From the NCBI GenBank assembly GCA_046304115.1, contig JBKCEY010000429.1, forward strand, positions 1 through 40,222: a stretch of DNA of 40,222 nucleotides, given 5' to 3'. Under the pieces are notes generated by a model. It worked only from the letters and a program-made list of their open reading frames with translations, was not told the origin of the DNA and did not search any database. Positions within the stretch are counted from its first letter, which is position 1; the number at the start of each line of letters is the position of its first letter. Shown one piece after another: positions 1 through 7,663 of the stretch. Origin of the DNA: Burkholderiales bacterium. Its GTDB lineage: Bacteria; Pseudomonadota; Gammaproteobacteria; Burkholderiales; Burkholderiaceae_E. The position numbers and the translations under genes were made by a program.

Positions 1-100
1 GAACCAGAGGGCCGCGTTGACCGCAGCCCGGCAAGGCCAGGAGGGCAACAAGGGCGATGGCTGGGGCCGCTACAATGCGCGCCGCGCGCACTTTCATCAT
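1..100 (-). CDS. Small lipoprotein, LptM/YifL-like (N-terminal part only, runs off the window)
   Basis: The reverse strand reads MMKVRAARIVAAPAIALVALLALPGCGQRGPL, a signal peptide with lipobox LPGC followed by GxxGPL as in LptM. It is divergent from cyaY, as in the enterobacterial cyaY-lptM arrangement. Confidence 0.45.
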   Translation of the reverse strand, partial: MMKVRAARIVAAPAIALVALLALPGCGQRGPLV

Positions 101-114
101 CAGGCCAGCATAGC

Positions 115-456
115 ATGAGCACTAACGCCTTTCTTGCCGCAGCACAGGCCACTCTGGATGTCATCGAGTCGGCGCTGGGGGCACTGGCCGACCAGACCGA
201 CATCGATATCGACATCGATCGTCAGGGCAACGTCCTGAAGGTCGTGTTCGACAGCGGCGCCACCCTGGTCATCAACAGTCACGAGGCAGCCCAGGAGATC
301 TGGGTGGCTGCGCGCACTGGTGGATTTCATTATCGGCTGCAGGACAATCAACGCTGGATTGACGGGCGTTCGGGCGATGAGCTCTTTGCGGTCCTGTCGA
401 GGCTGGTGAGCGAACTCTCGGGCCAGCACGTGTTGCTGTCGTCGCGCGGCGACTGA
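115..456 (+). CDS. cyaY: Frataxin homologue CyaY (iron-sulfur cluster assembly)
   Basis: 113 aa. The pattern DIDIDRQGNVLKVVF...LVINSHEAAQEIWVAARTGGFHY...W.D.RSG matches the CyaY/frataxin fold signature. Confidence 0.88.
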   Translation: MSTNAFLAAAQATLDVIESALGALADQTDIDIDIDRQGNVLKVVFDSGATLVINSHEAAQEIWVAARTGGFHYRLQDNQRWIDGRSGDELFAVLSRLVSELSGQHVLLSSRGD

Positions 457-480
457 CCCCAAGGCCCCTTGCAGCCGACG

Positions 481-702
481 TCACACGGGTTTTGAGAGCG
501 TGCTGCGTGCAAGTTCGATGGCCTCGAGCAACCGGTCGGTGCTGCCGACCTGATTGGCCAGAATCAGAATGAGACGGCTGTTGAGCCTCAGGCTGTCGGC
601 CTCCGACAGATCCCGATGCGCATCGATGAGCGCCTGATAGAAGTCATCAGGCCGATCGATGTTGGGGTCGGTGATCAATGCTGCTGCTGGATGGTCGGCC
701 AT
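481..702 (-). CDS. DUF2783-family small protein
   Basis: 73 aa with PDDFYQALIDAH..LS...S..LNSRLILILANQVG. The size and its position just downstream of an FAD monooxygenase are typical of DUF2783. Confidence 0.6.
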   Translation of the reverse strand: MADHPAAALITDPNIDRPDDFYQALIDAHRDLSEADSLRLNSRLILILANQVGSTDRLLEAIELARSTLSKPV

Positions 703-725
703 GGCGATCCGGATCTTCGATGCTG

Positions 726-821
726 GGCTAAGAGGCTAAGAGGCTAAGAGGCTAAGGGACTACGGGGCTACGGAGCTACGGAGCAACCGGGCTGATCGGC
801 TGATCGGCTGATCGGCTGATC
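726..821. repeat. Three abutting 8-bp tandem arrays: (GGCTAAGA)x4 at 726-757, (CTACGGRG)x3 at 760-783, (GGCTGATC)x4 at 790-821
   Basis: Read directly from the sequence. The arrays cover the last ~20 codons and stop codon of the monooxygenase ORF and most of the spacer before the DUF2783 gene. Confidence 0.9.
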
Positions 822-2571
822 GGTCGAGACGTCCGAGCGCGCGCTCGAGCGCACGCGCAATGGCCTCGGGATCGAGGCTGCGCCAGCGGGCGCAGACATG
901 CTGGTCGGGTCGCAGCAGCACGACGGTGCCGGATCGGGCCGCGCAACGCTCGCGCAGCAGACCCCGGGTGTCTTGCCAGAGGCCCGCGAGGAGCCCCCCA
1001 GGCAGGGCCTGGCCGTGTGCTTCGTTCAGTGGCTGATCTGCGCTCACGATGCGATGCACCCGCAGTTCGGGCAGACCCAGGTCGCTCAGGCGGCGGGCCA
1101 TCGCCTGCAGGGCCGCAGCGCCGGGCTGTGTGCCGTCCTCATCGAACACCAGCAGGGCGAATCCCTCACCTGAAAGGGCTCGCAGCCACCAGGTGGGCTG
1201 ACCCCGCGCATCAGTCAGGGGGGCATCGACACTGGGCGCGCCCGGACGCATGCCCGGGGCGGCGCAAGGTCCTGCGGCAGGCGGATCGGGCGTATTGGCA
1301 GGGCTGGTCTCCAGTACCGTCGGCACCGAGAGCCGGCCGCTGTTGACCAGTCGGCGGGCAAAGGGCTGTGTTGCGGCCAGTTCAAGCGTGGCGTCGCGCA
1401 GGGCTTTTGCTGCGGCGGACTTCGGGGTGATGAAGTCGGTGCTGCGGGTGGAGTTGAGAATGTTCTCGTCGGCTGCCACTTCGCGCTCAAGGGCCCAGTG
1501 ATCGAGTACGGCCTGCGAGGCCTGCCGATTGACCACCGCCGCCAGCCGCCAGGCCAGCGCGTCGGCGTCCTGGATGCCCGAGTTGGCGCCGCGCGCGCCA
1601 AAGGGCGAGACCTGATGGGCGCTGTCACCGGCAAACAGCACATGCCCGTGACGAAAGCGCTCCATGCGACGGCACTGGAAGGTGTAGACGCTGGTCCAGA
1701 CCAGTTCGAAGTCGCGATCGCCCATCATGGCGCGCAATCGAGGCAGTACGCGCTCTGGCTGACGCTCGAGCTCCGGGTCGGCATCCCAGCCCAACTGAAA
1801 ATCCACCCGCCAGACATTGTCGGCCTGCCGGTGCAGCAACACAGACTGCCCCGGATGAAAGGGCGGATCAAACCAGAACCACCGCTCGGTCGGATAGTCG
1901 GCCTTCATCAGGACATCGGCGATCAGGAATCGGTCATGAAAGACCTGACCGCGGCTCTCCAGTCCCATCATGCGGCGGGTTGGGCTGCGGGCACCATCAC
2001 AGGCGACGAGCCAGTCGCATTCGAGCCGATAGCTTCCCTCGGGTGTATCGATCCCGATCATGACCGATTCAGGACCCTGCTGAACTTCTGTGACCCGATG
2101 GGCCCAGCGCAGATCAAGCGCTGGCAGGGCCCGGGCCCGTTGCACCAGGATGTCCTCGAGGTGGTACTGCTGCAGGTTCACAAAGGCCGGCCGCTCATGA
2201 CCCGCCTCGGGCAGCAGATCGAAGTGATAGATCTCGCCTTCGCGAAGGAATACCCGCCCGCGGTTCCAGCTCACGCCGCGCGCCACCACCGGATCGGCGC
2301 ATCCCAGGCGATCCAGGATCTCGAGACTGCGCTTGGCGTAGCACACGGCGCGCGAGCCGGTGCTCACGGTGGTGTCATCATCAAGCACCACCACAGGCGT
2401 GCCGCGCTGGGCCAGGTCGATCGCCGTGCACAGCCCAACCGGGCCCGCCCCGATCACAACGACCGGATGGCGCACCGGCTGCAATGCATCCTGATCAGCA
2501 CTGCGCTGATACGGAAACGGTATCGGGTTCTGCATGAGGGTGTTTGTACAAAAAGGGACTCGACCAGCCAT
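760..2571 (-). CDS. FAD-dependent aromatic-ring monooxygenase (MhpA/PheA-TfdB-like hydroxylase)
   Basis: Has the Rossmann motif VVVIGAGPVGLCTAIDLAQRG and the FAD-binding motif FAGDSAH, with a ~590-aa two-domain architecture. A more likely start is the ATG at 2535 (MQNPIPF...). The C-terminal ~20 aa are repeat-derived. Confidence 0.85.
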   Translation of the reverse strand: MAGRVPFCTNTLMQNPIPFPYQRSADQDALQPVRHPVVVIGAGPVGLCTAIDLAQRGTPVVVLDDDTTVSTGSRAVCYAKRSLEILDRLGCADPVVARGVSWNRGRVFLREGEIYHFDLLPEAGHERPAFVNLQQYHLEDILVQRARALPALDLRWAHRVTEVQQGPESVMIGIDTPEGSYRLECDWLVACDGARSPTRRMMGLESRGQVFHDRFLIADVLMKADYPTERWFWFDPPFHPGQSVLLHRQADNVWRVDFQLGWDADPELERQPERVLPRLRAMMGDRDFELVWTSVYTFQCRRMERFRHGHVLFAGDSAHQVSPFGARGANSGIQDADALAWRLAAVVNRQASQAVLDHWALEREVAADENILNSTRSTDFITPKSAAAKALRDATLELAATQPFARRLVNSGRLSVPTVLETSPANTPDPPAAGPCAAPGMRPGAPSVDAPLTDARGQPTWWLRALSGEGFALLVFDEDGTQPGAAALQAMARRLSDLGLPELRVHRIVSADQPLNEAHGQALPGGLLAGLWQDTRGLLRERCAARSGTVVLLRPDQHVCARWRSLDPEAIARALERALGRLDRSADQPISRSARLLRSSVAP

Positions 2572-2636
2572 TATCGATGACCAGGGTTTGAATCTTGCCT
2601 GCAGCAGGGGGTGTCCCCGGCTTGGGATCCCTCCGG

Positions 2637-2720
2637 GGTCCTGTTCAATCGGAGTTCCCGTTCAATCCGCGGTCCCGTTGAATCCGTGGTCCCGTTCAAT
2701 CCGTGGTCCCGTTCAAGCGG
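2637..2720. repeat. Five tandem copies of a 17-bp unit (GGTCCCGTTCAATCCGT)
   Basis: Copies lie at 2637, 2654, 2671, 2688 and 2705 with 0-4 mismatches each. The array is intergenic, between the monooxygenase and the kinase-like gene. Confidence 0.9.
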
Positions 2721-2962
2721 AGGTCTCGCATGATGTTCTCGAACCTGCGACCCGACCATCCGGGTCAACCGCCCCGACCGAATCCCGATCGGCCAGGACC
2801 CTGGCCCTGGCCGTTTGAGCATCCTCAGTTCGATTGAATGGCCGAAGAATTAACCCTTAGGAGTTAATTTTGAGCGGATCAGACATGGATTACAGAGCAA
2901 TTTCTGACAAATGTTACAGAGTTGTGTTGAGATTATTGCCATCTCGTAGGAAGTCCATCTGA

Positions 2963-3679
2963 ATGAAGCCGAACAGGGGCCTGCAAGCCCCCGACCTCGC
3001 GTCCTCCGTACGCCATGACCTGCGCAATCCGCTCGGGGCCATTGCCCATTGGGTGCAACTGCTCGAGACGCCCGACCTCGATGCCGAACTGCGACAGCGG
3101 GCCCTGCAAGGCATCCGCACGGCAATCACTGAACAGCTCAACCAGATCGAGCAGCTGTCCGAACTGCTCGAGCAATCGAGCGAAGCCGACCCGGACGGCC
3201 CTCAGGTGTCGGTCTTGCCCCCAGCCCATCCGCGGGTCGACCTGTTCGACGTTCTGAATCAGATGGCTGAATCCATCCCTCCTGCCCTGCGCACGCGCCT
3301 TCAACGGCGAGACCAGCGGCCCGTTCGCTCCGCCCTCATTCATGCCGATGAATCCGCGCTCGTGCAGGCGCTGACCACGCTGGCCACGCTGGGGCTCAAG
3401 CAGTTGCTGGATCATGAGCAGCTTCTGCTTGGCCTTCAAACACCCGCGCCACTGGGCGCCTGCCGCATGGTCTTGCAAGTGCAGGTCGTGGGAGAGCCCA
3501 TCGAGCGGCCCTGGCGGATTCTGTCCGACACCGGCTCCGTGCGGGGCCTGGCCGTCATGCATGCGCGTTCTGTGCTGAGCCTGCATCGGGCGGATGTGCG
3601 CATCGTCACAACCGATCATGCCGACGACACGGTGATCCTTGACTTTCCGCTGATTGAACTGGCCTTTGATGAAACCTGA
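2963..3679 (+). CDS. Sensor-less histidine-kinase-like protein (HisKA H-box intact, HATPase boxes degenerate)
   Basis: The H-box SVRHDLRNPLGAI lies at residues ~15-27, and an AGGAAG SD sits 9 nt upstream of the ATG. The C-terminal half aligns by eye to the HATPase_c fold but lacks the N-box Asn and the DxGxG motif. No TM or sensor domain. The stop lies 1 nt before the activator ATG. Confidence 0.7.
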   Translation: MKPNRGLQAPDLASSVRHDLRNPLGAIAHWVQLLETPDLDAELRQRALQGIRTAITEQLNQIEQLSELLEQSSEADPDGPQVSVLPPAHPRVDLFDVLNQMAESIPPALRTRLQRRDQRPVRSALIHADESALVQALTTLATLGLKQLLDHEQLLLGLQTPAPLGACRMVLQVQVVGEPIERPWRILSDTGSVRGLAVMHARSVLSLHRADVRIVTTDHADDTVILDFPLIELAFDET

Positions 3680-3680
3680 T

Positions 3681-5033
3681 ATGCGCCATGTGCTGATCGT
3701 TGACGACGAAACCAATTCCGCTCAGGCCCTCAGTGCACTGGTCCAGGAGCAGGGCTATTCCACGGCGGTGGCCTCCTCACTGCGTGAAGCCCGCCAGCAG
3801 CTCATGCTGATGCCGGCGCAGGCAGTCATTCTTGATCTGCATCTGCCCGACGGCAACGGATTTTCCCTGCTCGAAGATGCTGCGCTGGTTGCAGGCGCCG
3901 AGATCATTCTGGTGACCGGTCATGCCAGCATCGAGTCTTCGGTACGCGCGCTGCGCCTGGGTGCGGTGGACTATCTCGTCAAGCCCGTGCAACCGGCGCA
4001 ACTCAAGCAGGTGCTGCAGCGCCTGGGTCAGGGTCGTGAGGTGAGGGCAGATATCCAGAAGCGAGCGGCTGAAGTGCCGCAATCAGGACAGTTTGGACGT
4101 CTGATCGGCGAATCTGCCGCCATGCAGCGGGTCTATGCGCAGATCGCCCGGGTGGCGCCCACCGCGGTCAATGTCTTCATCGTGGGGGAGTCCGGAACGG
4201 GTAAGGAACTGGTCGCCCAGACCCTTCATGAACTGTCGCGCCGGCGGCGCGCCCCCTTGCTGTCGGTCAATTGCGGCGCGATTTCGGCGCAGTTGATCGA
4301 AAGCGAACTCTTTGGTCACGAAAAGGGCAGCTTCACCGGGGCCAGCCGTCAGCATCGGGGATATTTCGAAAGGGCTGATGGCGGCACGCTCTTCCTGGAT
4401 GAGATCACCGAGATGCCCATGGATCTGCAGGTCAAGCTGCTGCGGGTGCTCGAGACCGGTGCATTCACCCGGGTAGGTTCTGAGGATCCGATCCAGACCG
4501 ATGTGCGAATCCTGGCCGCCACCAACCGCAATCCTCACGAAGCCGTCAGTGCCGGTCGCTTGCGCGAGGATCTGTTCTATCGGCTCGATGTCTTCGAGAT
4601 CGCACTGCCTGCGCTGCGCGCGCGTGCGGGTGATGCGACCCTGCTGGCCAAGACCTTCCTGCGCGAAGTCAATGAACTCGAAGGGCTCGAGTTGTCGTTC
4701 AGCGAGGGTGCCCTGAAGGCGCTTGAGACCTATAGCTGGCCGGGCAATGTCAGGGAGCTGCGCAATGTGGTGTGCCGATCGGCCCTGATGGCTGATGGCA
4801 AACGGATCGAAGAGTTGGCCTTGCCCGAAGTGCCGAACACTGCAGCACATGCGGTGGGCAACGGGACATTGAAGTCATCGGTTGGATCGACGATTGCTCA
4901 AGCCGAGCGTGACCTGATCCTGGCTACGCTCGAGCATTGTCATGGCCTGCGTGAACCCACTGCCGAGATGCTGGGCATCAGCCTCAAGACCCTCTACAAC
5001 CGCCTGCGGGACTACGGTCAGAGCCCGGCCTGA
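3681..5033 (+). CDS. Sigma-54-dependent response regulator (NtrC family enhancer-binding protein)
   Basis: REC domain (LIVDDE...DLHLPDG), AAA+ Walker A GESGTGKE, sigma-54 contact loop present as GSFTGA, and a C-terminal Fis-type HTH ([20 protein letters not shown]). Alternative starts are the ATG at 3669 and the TTG at 3654. Confidence 0.9.
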   Translation: MRHVLIVDDETNSAQALSALVQEQGYSTAVASSLREARQQLMLMPAQAVILDLHLPDGNGFSLLEDAALVAGAEIILVTGHASIESSVRALRLGAVDYLVKPVQPAQLKQVLQRLGQGREVRADIQKRAAEVPQSGQFGRLIGESAAMQRVYAQIARVAPTAVNVFIVGESGTGKELVAQTLHELSRRRRAPLLSVNCGAISAQLIESELFGHEKGSFTGASRQHRGYFERADGGTLFLDEITEMPMDLQVKLLRVLETGAFTRVGSEDPIQTDVRILAATNRNPHEAVSAGRLREDLFYRLDVFEIALPALRARAGDATLLAKTFLREVNELEGLELSFSEGALKALETYSWPGNVRELRNVVCRSALMADGKRIEELALPEVPNTAAHAVGNGTLKSSVGSTIAQAERDLILATLEHCHGLREPTAEMLGISLKTLYNRLRDYGQSPA

Positions 5034-5110
5034 TTGGCCTGCAGGGCTGAGCTCAGCCCCCCTCCTGATCGGCCGGCAGGGCTGAGCTCAGAGCCCCACC
5101 TGATTAGCCC
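5018..5110. repeat. About 2.7 tandem copies of a 35-bp unit spanning the 3' ends of the two convergent genes
   Basis: Copies at 5018-5052 and 5053-5087 share 29/35 identity, and a partial copy starts at 5088. Each unit contains the palindrome GGCTGAGCTCAGCC or a near-copy. Copy 1 carries the activator stop codon and copy 3 carries the rpoN stop codon. Confidence 0.8.
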
Positions 5111-6695
5111 CAGCCATGCGACGCATCTCGACCGGAGGAATCCGTAACGCGTCGCGATACTTCGATACCGTGCGACGAGCCACCTGGATGCCGCGCTGCT
5201 CGAGCATTCGCGCCAGCCGGATATCGGACAGCGGAGATTGCGGATCTTCGGCCTGGACCAGCTCCTGGATGACTGCACGAACTGCGGTGGCGGAGCAGGG
5301 CGTGCCGGCTGCGGTGCTCACATGACTGCCAAAAAACCGCTTGAATTCCAGTAGCCCGCGCGGCGTAGCCATGTACTTGCGGCTGGTCACGCGCGAAACG
5401 GTTGATTCATGCATGCCGGTGCGGGCGGCGATTTCGGCCAGCGTAAGCGGACGCATGGCCATCTCGCCATAGTCGAAATAGCGACTCTGGTGGTCGATGA
5501 TCGCCTGAGCCACCTGCTGAATCGTCTGAAAACGCTGGTGCACGTTGCGTACGAGCCAGCGCGCTTCCTTCATGCATTGCGCAATCTGGCCGTCAGGTTC
5601 GCGCGTACCCCGCATGAGGGCGATGTTGCGACGGTGGATGCGCACCTTCGGGACGACTTCCGGGTTGATGAAGGCCGTCCAGCGACCCGCCTGGCGTCGC
5701 ACGATGACATCGGCAACCACGAATTGCGGTGATTCGCTGTCGAAGGCACTGCCGGGTCGGGGAACAAGACTGCGCAGCAGCTGTACCGCCGCCTGCAGCT
5801 CAGCGGCGGTGCAGCCCAGAGCCCTCTGGATCGCGTTGAAATCATGCTGCGCAAGTTCGCGCAGGTGAAGCCGCACAATGGTCATTGCCAGCGCCGTCAT
5901 GTTCTGGCTCTGTGTCTGTGTCTGTGTCTGTGTCGGGCGGCCTGCCCGTTCCTGCAACTGCAGCAGCAGACATTCAGCGACATCGCGTGCGCCCACGCCC
6001 AGAGGATCCATGGATTGCACATGACGCAGCGCGATCCGAAGCTCGTCTTCAGCAGGCGCGGGATCCGTTGGACAGAAGGCTGCGATGTCCTCAAGCGATG
6101 TGCGCAGGTAGCCCGCCTCATCGATGGCCTCGATCACGGTTTCGACCAGCAGCCGATCGCGCGCCGAGAGTCTGAGCACACCGGCCTGTTCGCGCAGATG
6201 CTCGCGAAGCGATGGGGCCCGTCCCACCTGACTCCAGGCCTCAGAGGCATCCTCATCCGGCCTGGAGCCGGCATTGCCTGAGTCACCGGTGTCGGCCCAC
6301 AGCAGGTCGTCCTGCCGGCCTGAGTCAGATCCTTCGTCGTTGAACGCGGTGTCGGCCTCGGCTCGGCTGGCTGCTTCATCGTTGGCGGGCCCGGAAAACG
6401 CATCGCCGGACCCCTCGCTTTCTGCGCCGGAATCAGACCCGTCATGAAGCTCGGACGCATGCTGCGACGACAGTGATGACAGCGAGCCCGCCTCGGCCTG
6501 AGAGCCCTCCTCGGACACCCGAGTCTGGCCATCCTGCGGGGTATCGAGTCGCTCGAGGAAAGGGTTGTCTCCAACCACCTCATCCACCTGTTGTGCAAAT
6601 TCAAGATTCGACAGCTGCAGCAACTGGATCGCACGCTGCAGCAAAGGGGTCATGGTCAGGTGGGTCGACTGACGCAGGGACAGGCTCATGCTCAT
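5088..6695 (-). CDS. rpoN: RNA polymerase sigma-54 factor RpoN
   Basis: 535 aa with region I LRQSTHLTMTPLLQRAIQLLQLSNLEF, a long acidic region II, and a C-terminal RpoN box ARRTVSKYR. An AAGGTGA SD precedes the ATG. It is not in the usual lptB-rpoN-hpf context within this window. Confidence 0.93.
   Translation of the reverse strand: MSMSLSLRQSTHLTMTPLLQRAIQLLQLSNLEFAQQVDEVVGDNPFLERLDTPQDGQTRVSEEGSQAEAGSLSSLSSQHASELHDGSDSGAESEGSGDAFSGPANDEAASRAEADTAFNDEGSDSGRQDDLLWADTGDSGNAGSRPDEDASEAWSQVGRAPSLREHLREQAGVLRLSARDRLLVETVIEAIDEAGYLRTSLEDIAAFCPTDPAPAEDELRIALRHVQSMDPLGVGARDVAECLLLQLQERAGRPTQTQTQTQSQNMTALAMTIVRLHLRELAQHDFNAIQRALGCTAAELQAAVQLLRSLVPRPGSAFDSESPQFVVADVIVRRQAGRWTAFINPEVVPKVRIHRRNIALMRGTREPDGQIAQCMKEARWLVRNVHQRFQTIQQVAQAIIDHQSRYFDYGEMAMRPLTLAEIAARTGMHESTVSRVTSRKYMATPRGLLEFKRFFGSHVSTAAGTPCSATAVRAVIQELVQAEDPQSPLSDIRLARMLEQRGIQVARRTVSKYRDALRIPPVEMRRMAGANQVGL
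5909..5934. repeat. In-frame hexanucleotide repeat (TCTGTG)x4+ inside rpoN, encoding (TQ)n
   Basis: Read directly. On the minus strand it encodes TQTQTQTQSQ in the linker before region III. Confidence 0.85.
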
Positions 6696-6753
6696 GGGTT
6701 CACCTTGGGAGTCCGTAGTGGCATCGCTTCACTGCGAGCGTCTGCACTGAGCC

Positions 6754-6768
6754 GCAAGCTTCGTGCCA
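6754..6768 (-). promoter_or_regulatory. Sigma-54 (-24/-12) promoter upstream of rpoN
   Basis: The minus strand reads TGGCACG-AAGC-TTGC-G, a full match to TGGCACG-N4-TTGC with exact GG-N10-GC spacing. The predicted start is near 6742, about 47 nt upstream of the rpoN ATG at 6695. Confidence 0.7.
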
Positions 6769-6856
6769 TGGGCCTGGATGGACTGAAAAGCGAGGAAACA
6801 TCCCGTGGCCTCGGTCGCTTGCTCAGTGACGGCTTCGGTAATTCGGGTGTGCCGAT

Positions 6857-6871
6857 CGGTCAGACTGACCG
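6857..6871. promoter_or_regulatory. Perfect dyad CGGTCAG-A-CTGACCG, candidate activator UAS
   Basis: A 7+1+7 palindrome centred about 97 bp upstream of the -24 GG of the rpoN promoter, the usual distance for EBP sites. A 1-nt centre makes an RNA hairpin role unlikely. Confidence 0.3.
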
Positions 6872-6881
6872 GCCTGCGGTT

Positions 6882-7550
6882 TCAGTGTCGGGTCGGTGCC
6901 TGGATCGACGCTGTGATTCGGGTGCCGGTTTGTGGCTGCGACTTGATCCGAAGATGGCCCTGCACCGCGCGCAGCCTGGCTCGCATGCCCCGGATGCCTT
7001 CATGTCCGGCGCCTACCCGATCCGTCCGGAATCCGTGACCGTCATCCGTGATGACCAGCCGGATGCGGCCTTTCACGCACTCGAGTTTCAGTGAGGCCTT
7101 GCGGGCACCGGAGTGTCGGTGCAGATTGGTCAGACACTCCTGGGCGCACCGATAAAGCGCCAGAGCCGCCATGCCATCGAGCTGGGCCTGCGGACTGACC
7201 GAGAGGGTCATTTCGCCCGAAAAGCGCGAGGCGAAATCGCGCGCCACGGCCTCGATGGCGATGGGCAGGCCAAACTGCTCGAGCGCGCTGGGATGCAGGC
7301 CCTGAACGACCCGGCGCAGCTCGACCTGACCGTCCTTGAGCAGGGTCTCCAGCCGCTGCAGCCGACCGGTCCAATCGGTTCGTGAGTGACTGCGGTGGGT
7401 TCGCAGCCAGGCCACATCCAGACGGGCGGCCGTGAGGACACTGCCGAGTTCGTCATGCAGCTCCTGTGCGAGCTGGCTGCGTAAGGCGTCGCTCGACTCG
7501 GGTGCCGATGCTGCGGTCGGCATCGTGCTGTGTCGGATTGCAGAGGGCAT
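6882..7550 (-). CDS. Sensor-less histidine kinase, HisKA_3/NarX-type core (DHp + HATPase_c)
   Basis: H-box LAQELHDELGSVL, N-box ECLTNLHRHS, G-box ITDDGHGF, no TM segments. The ORF track starts at a TTG at 7682, but the first in-frame ATG is at 7550. The 44 aa in between are low-complexity and overlap two sigma-54 promoter motifs. Confidence 0.8.
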   Translation of the reverse strand: MPSAIRHSTMPTAASAPESSDALRSQLAQELHDELGSVLTAARLDVAWLRTHRSHSRTDWTGRLQRLETLLKDGQVELRRVVQGLHPSALEQFGLPIAIEAVARDFASRFSGEMTLSVSPQAQLDGMAALALYRCAQECLTNLHRHSGARKASLKLECVKGRIRLVITDDGHGFRTDRVGAGHEGIRGMRARLRAVQGHLRIKSQPQTGTRITASIQAPTRH

Positions 7551-7604
7551 GTGTGCGACCGGCCGGTCGACACTGCGTGAGTGTGTGGGAGTGGGACGCT
7601 GACT

Positions 7605-7619
7605 GGGCACGGCATTTGC
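7605..7619 (+). promoter_or_regulatory. Sigma-54 (-24/-12) promoter facing the NarL-type regulator gene
   Basis: The plus strand reads gGGCACG-GCAT-TTGC-C with exact spacing. The predicted start is near 7631, about 115 nt upstream of the ATG at 7745. Confidence 0.55.
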
Positions 7620-7663
7620 CTCCTGATCGCTGGAACACGCCTGTTGGCGGCCTGTGGGCTCAG

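Noticed and set aside
2585-2598. GG-N10-GC motifs GGGTTTG-AATC-TTGCC upstream of the 17-bp repeats, and TGGCAG-ATACT-AAGC at 30715-30729 upstream of the second ligase
   Set aside because: The spacing is correct, but the -24 block (GGTTTG) or the -12 block (AAGC) departs from consensus at conserved positions. This is not distinguishable from background without a scoring matrix or transcript data.
2637-2720. Tandem arrays (here and at 34503, 37588, 726) considered as CRISPR arrays
   Set aside because: The units are contiguous with no unique spacers, are only 8-23 bp long, and there are no cas genes. They are mini- or microsatellites, not CRISPRs.
2730-2837. A 35-codon proline-rich ORF (MMFSNLRPDHPGQPPRPNPDRPGPWPWPFEHPQFD) with a GGAGG 6 nt upstream, a possible stalling leader peptide for the kinase-like/activator operon
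   Set aside because: Third-position GC is only ~60 percent by my count, visibly lower than in the clear genes here. ORFs of this length are common by chance, and there is no recognisable attenuator structure downstream. Kept only as a remote possibility.
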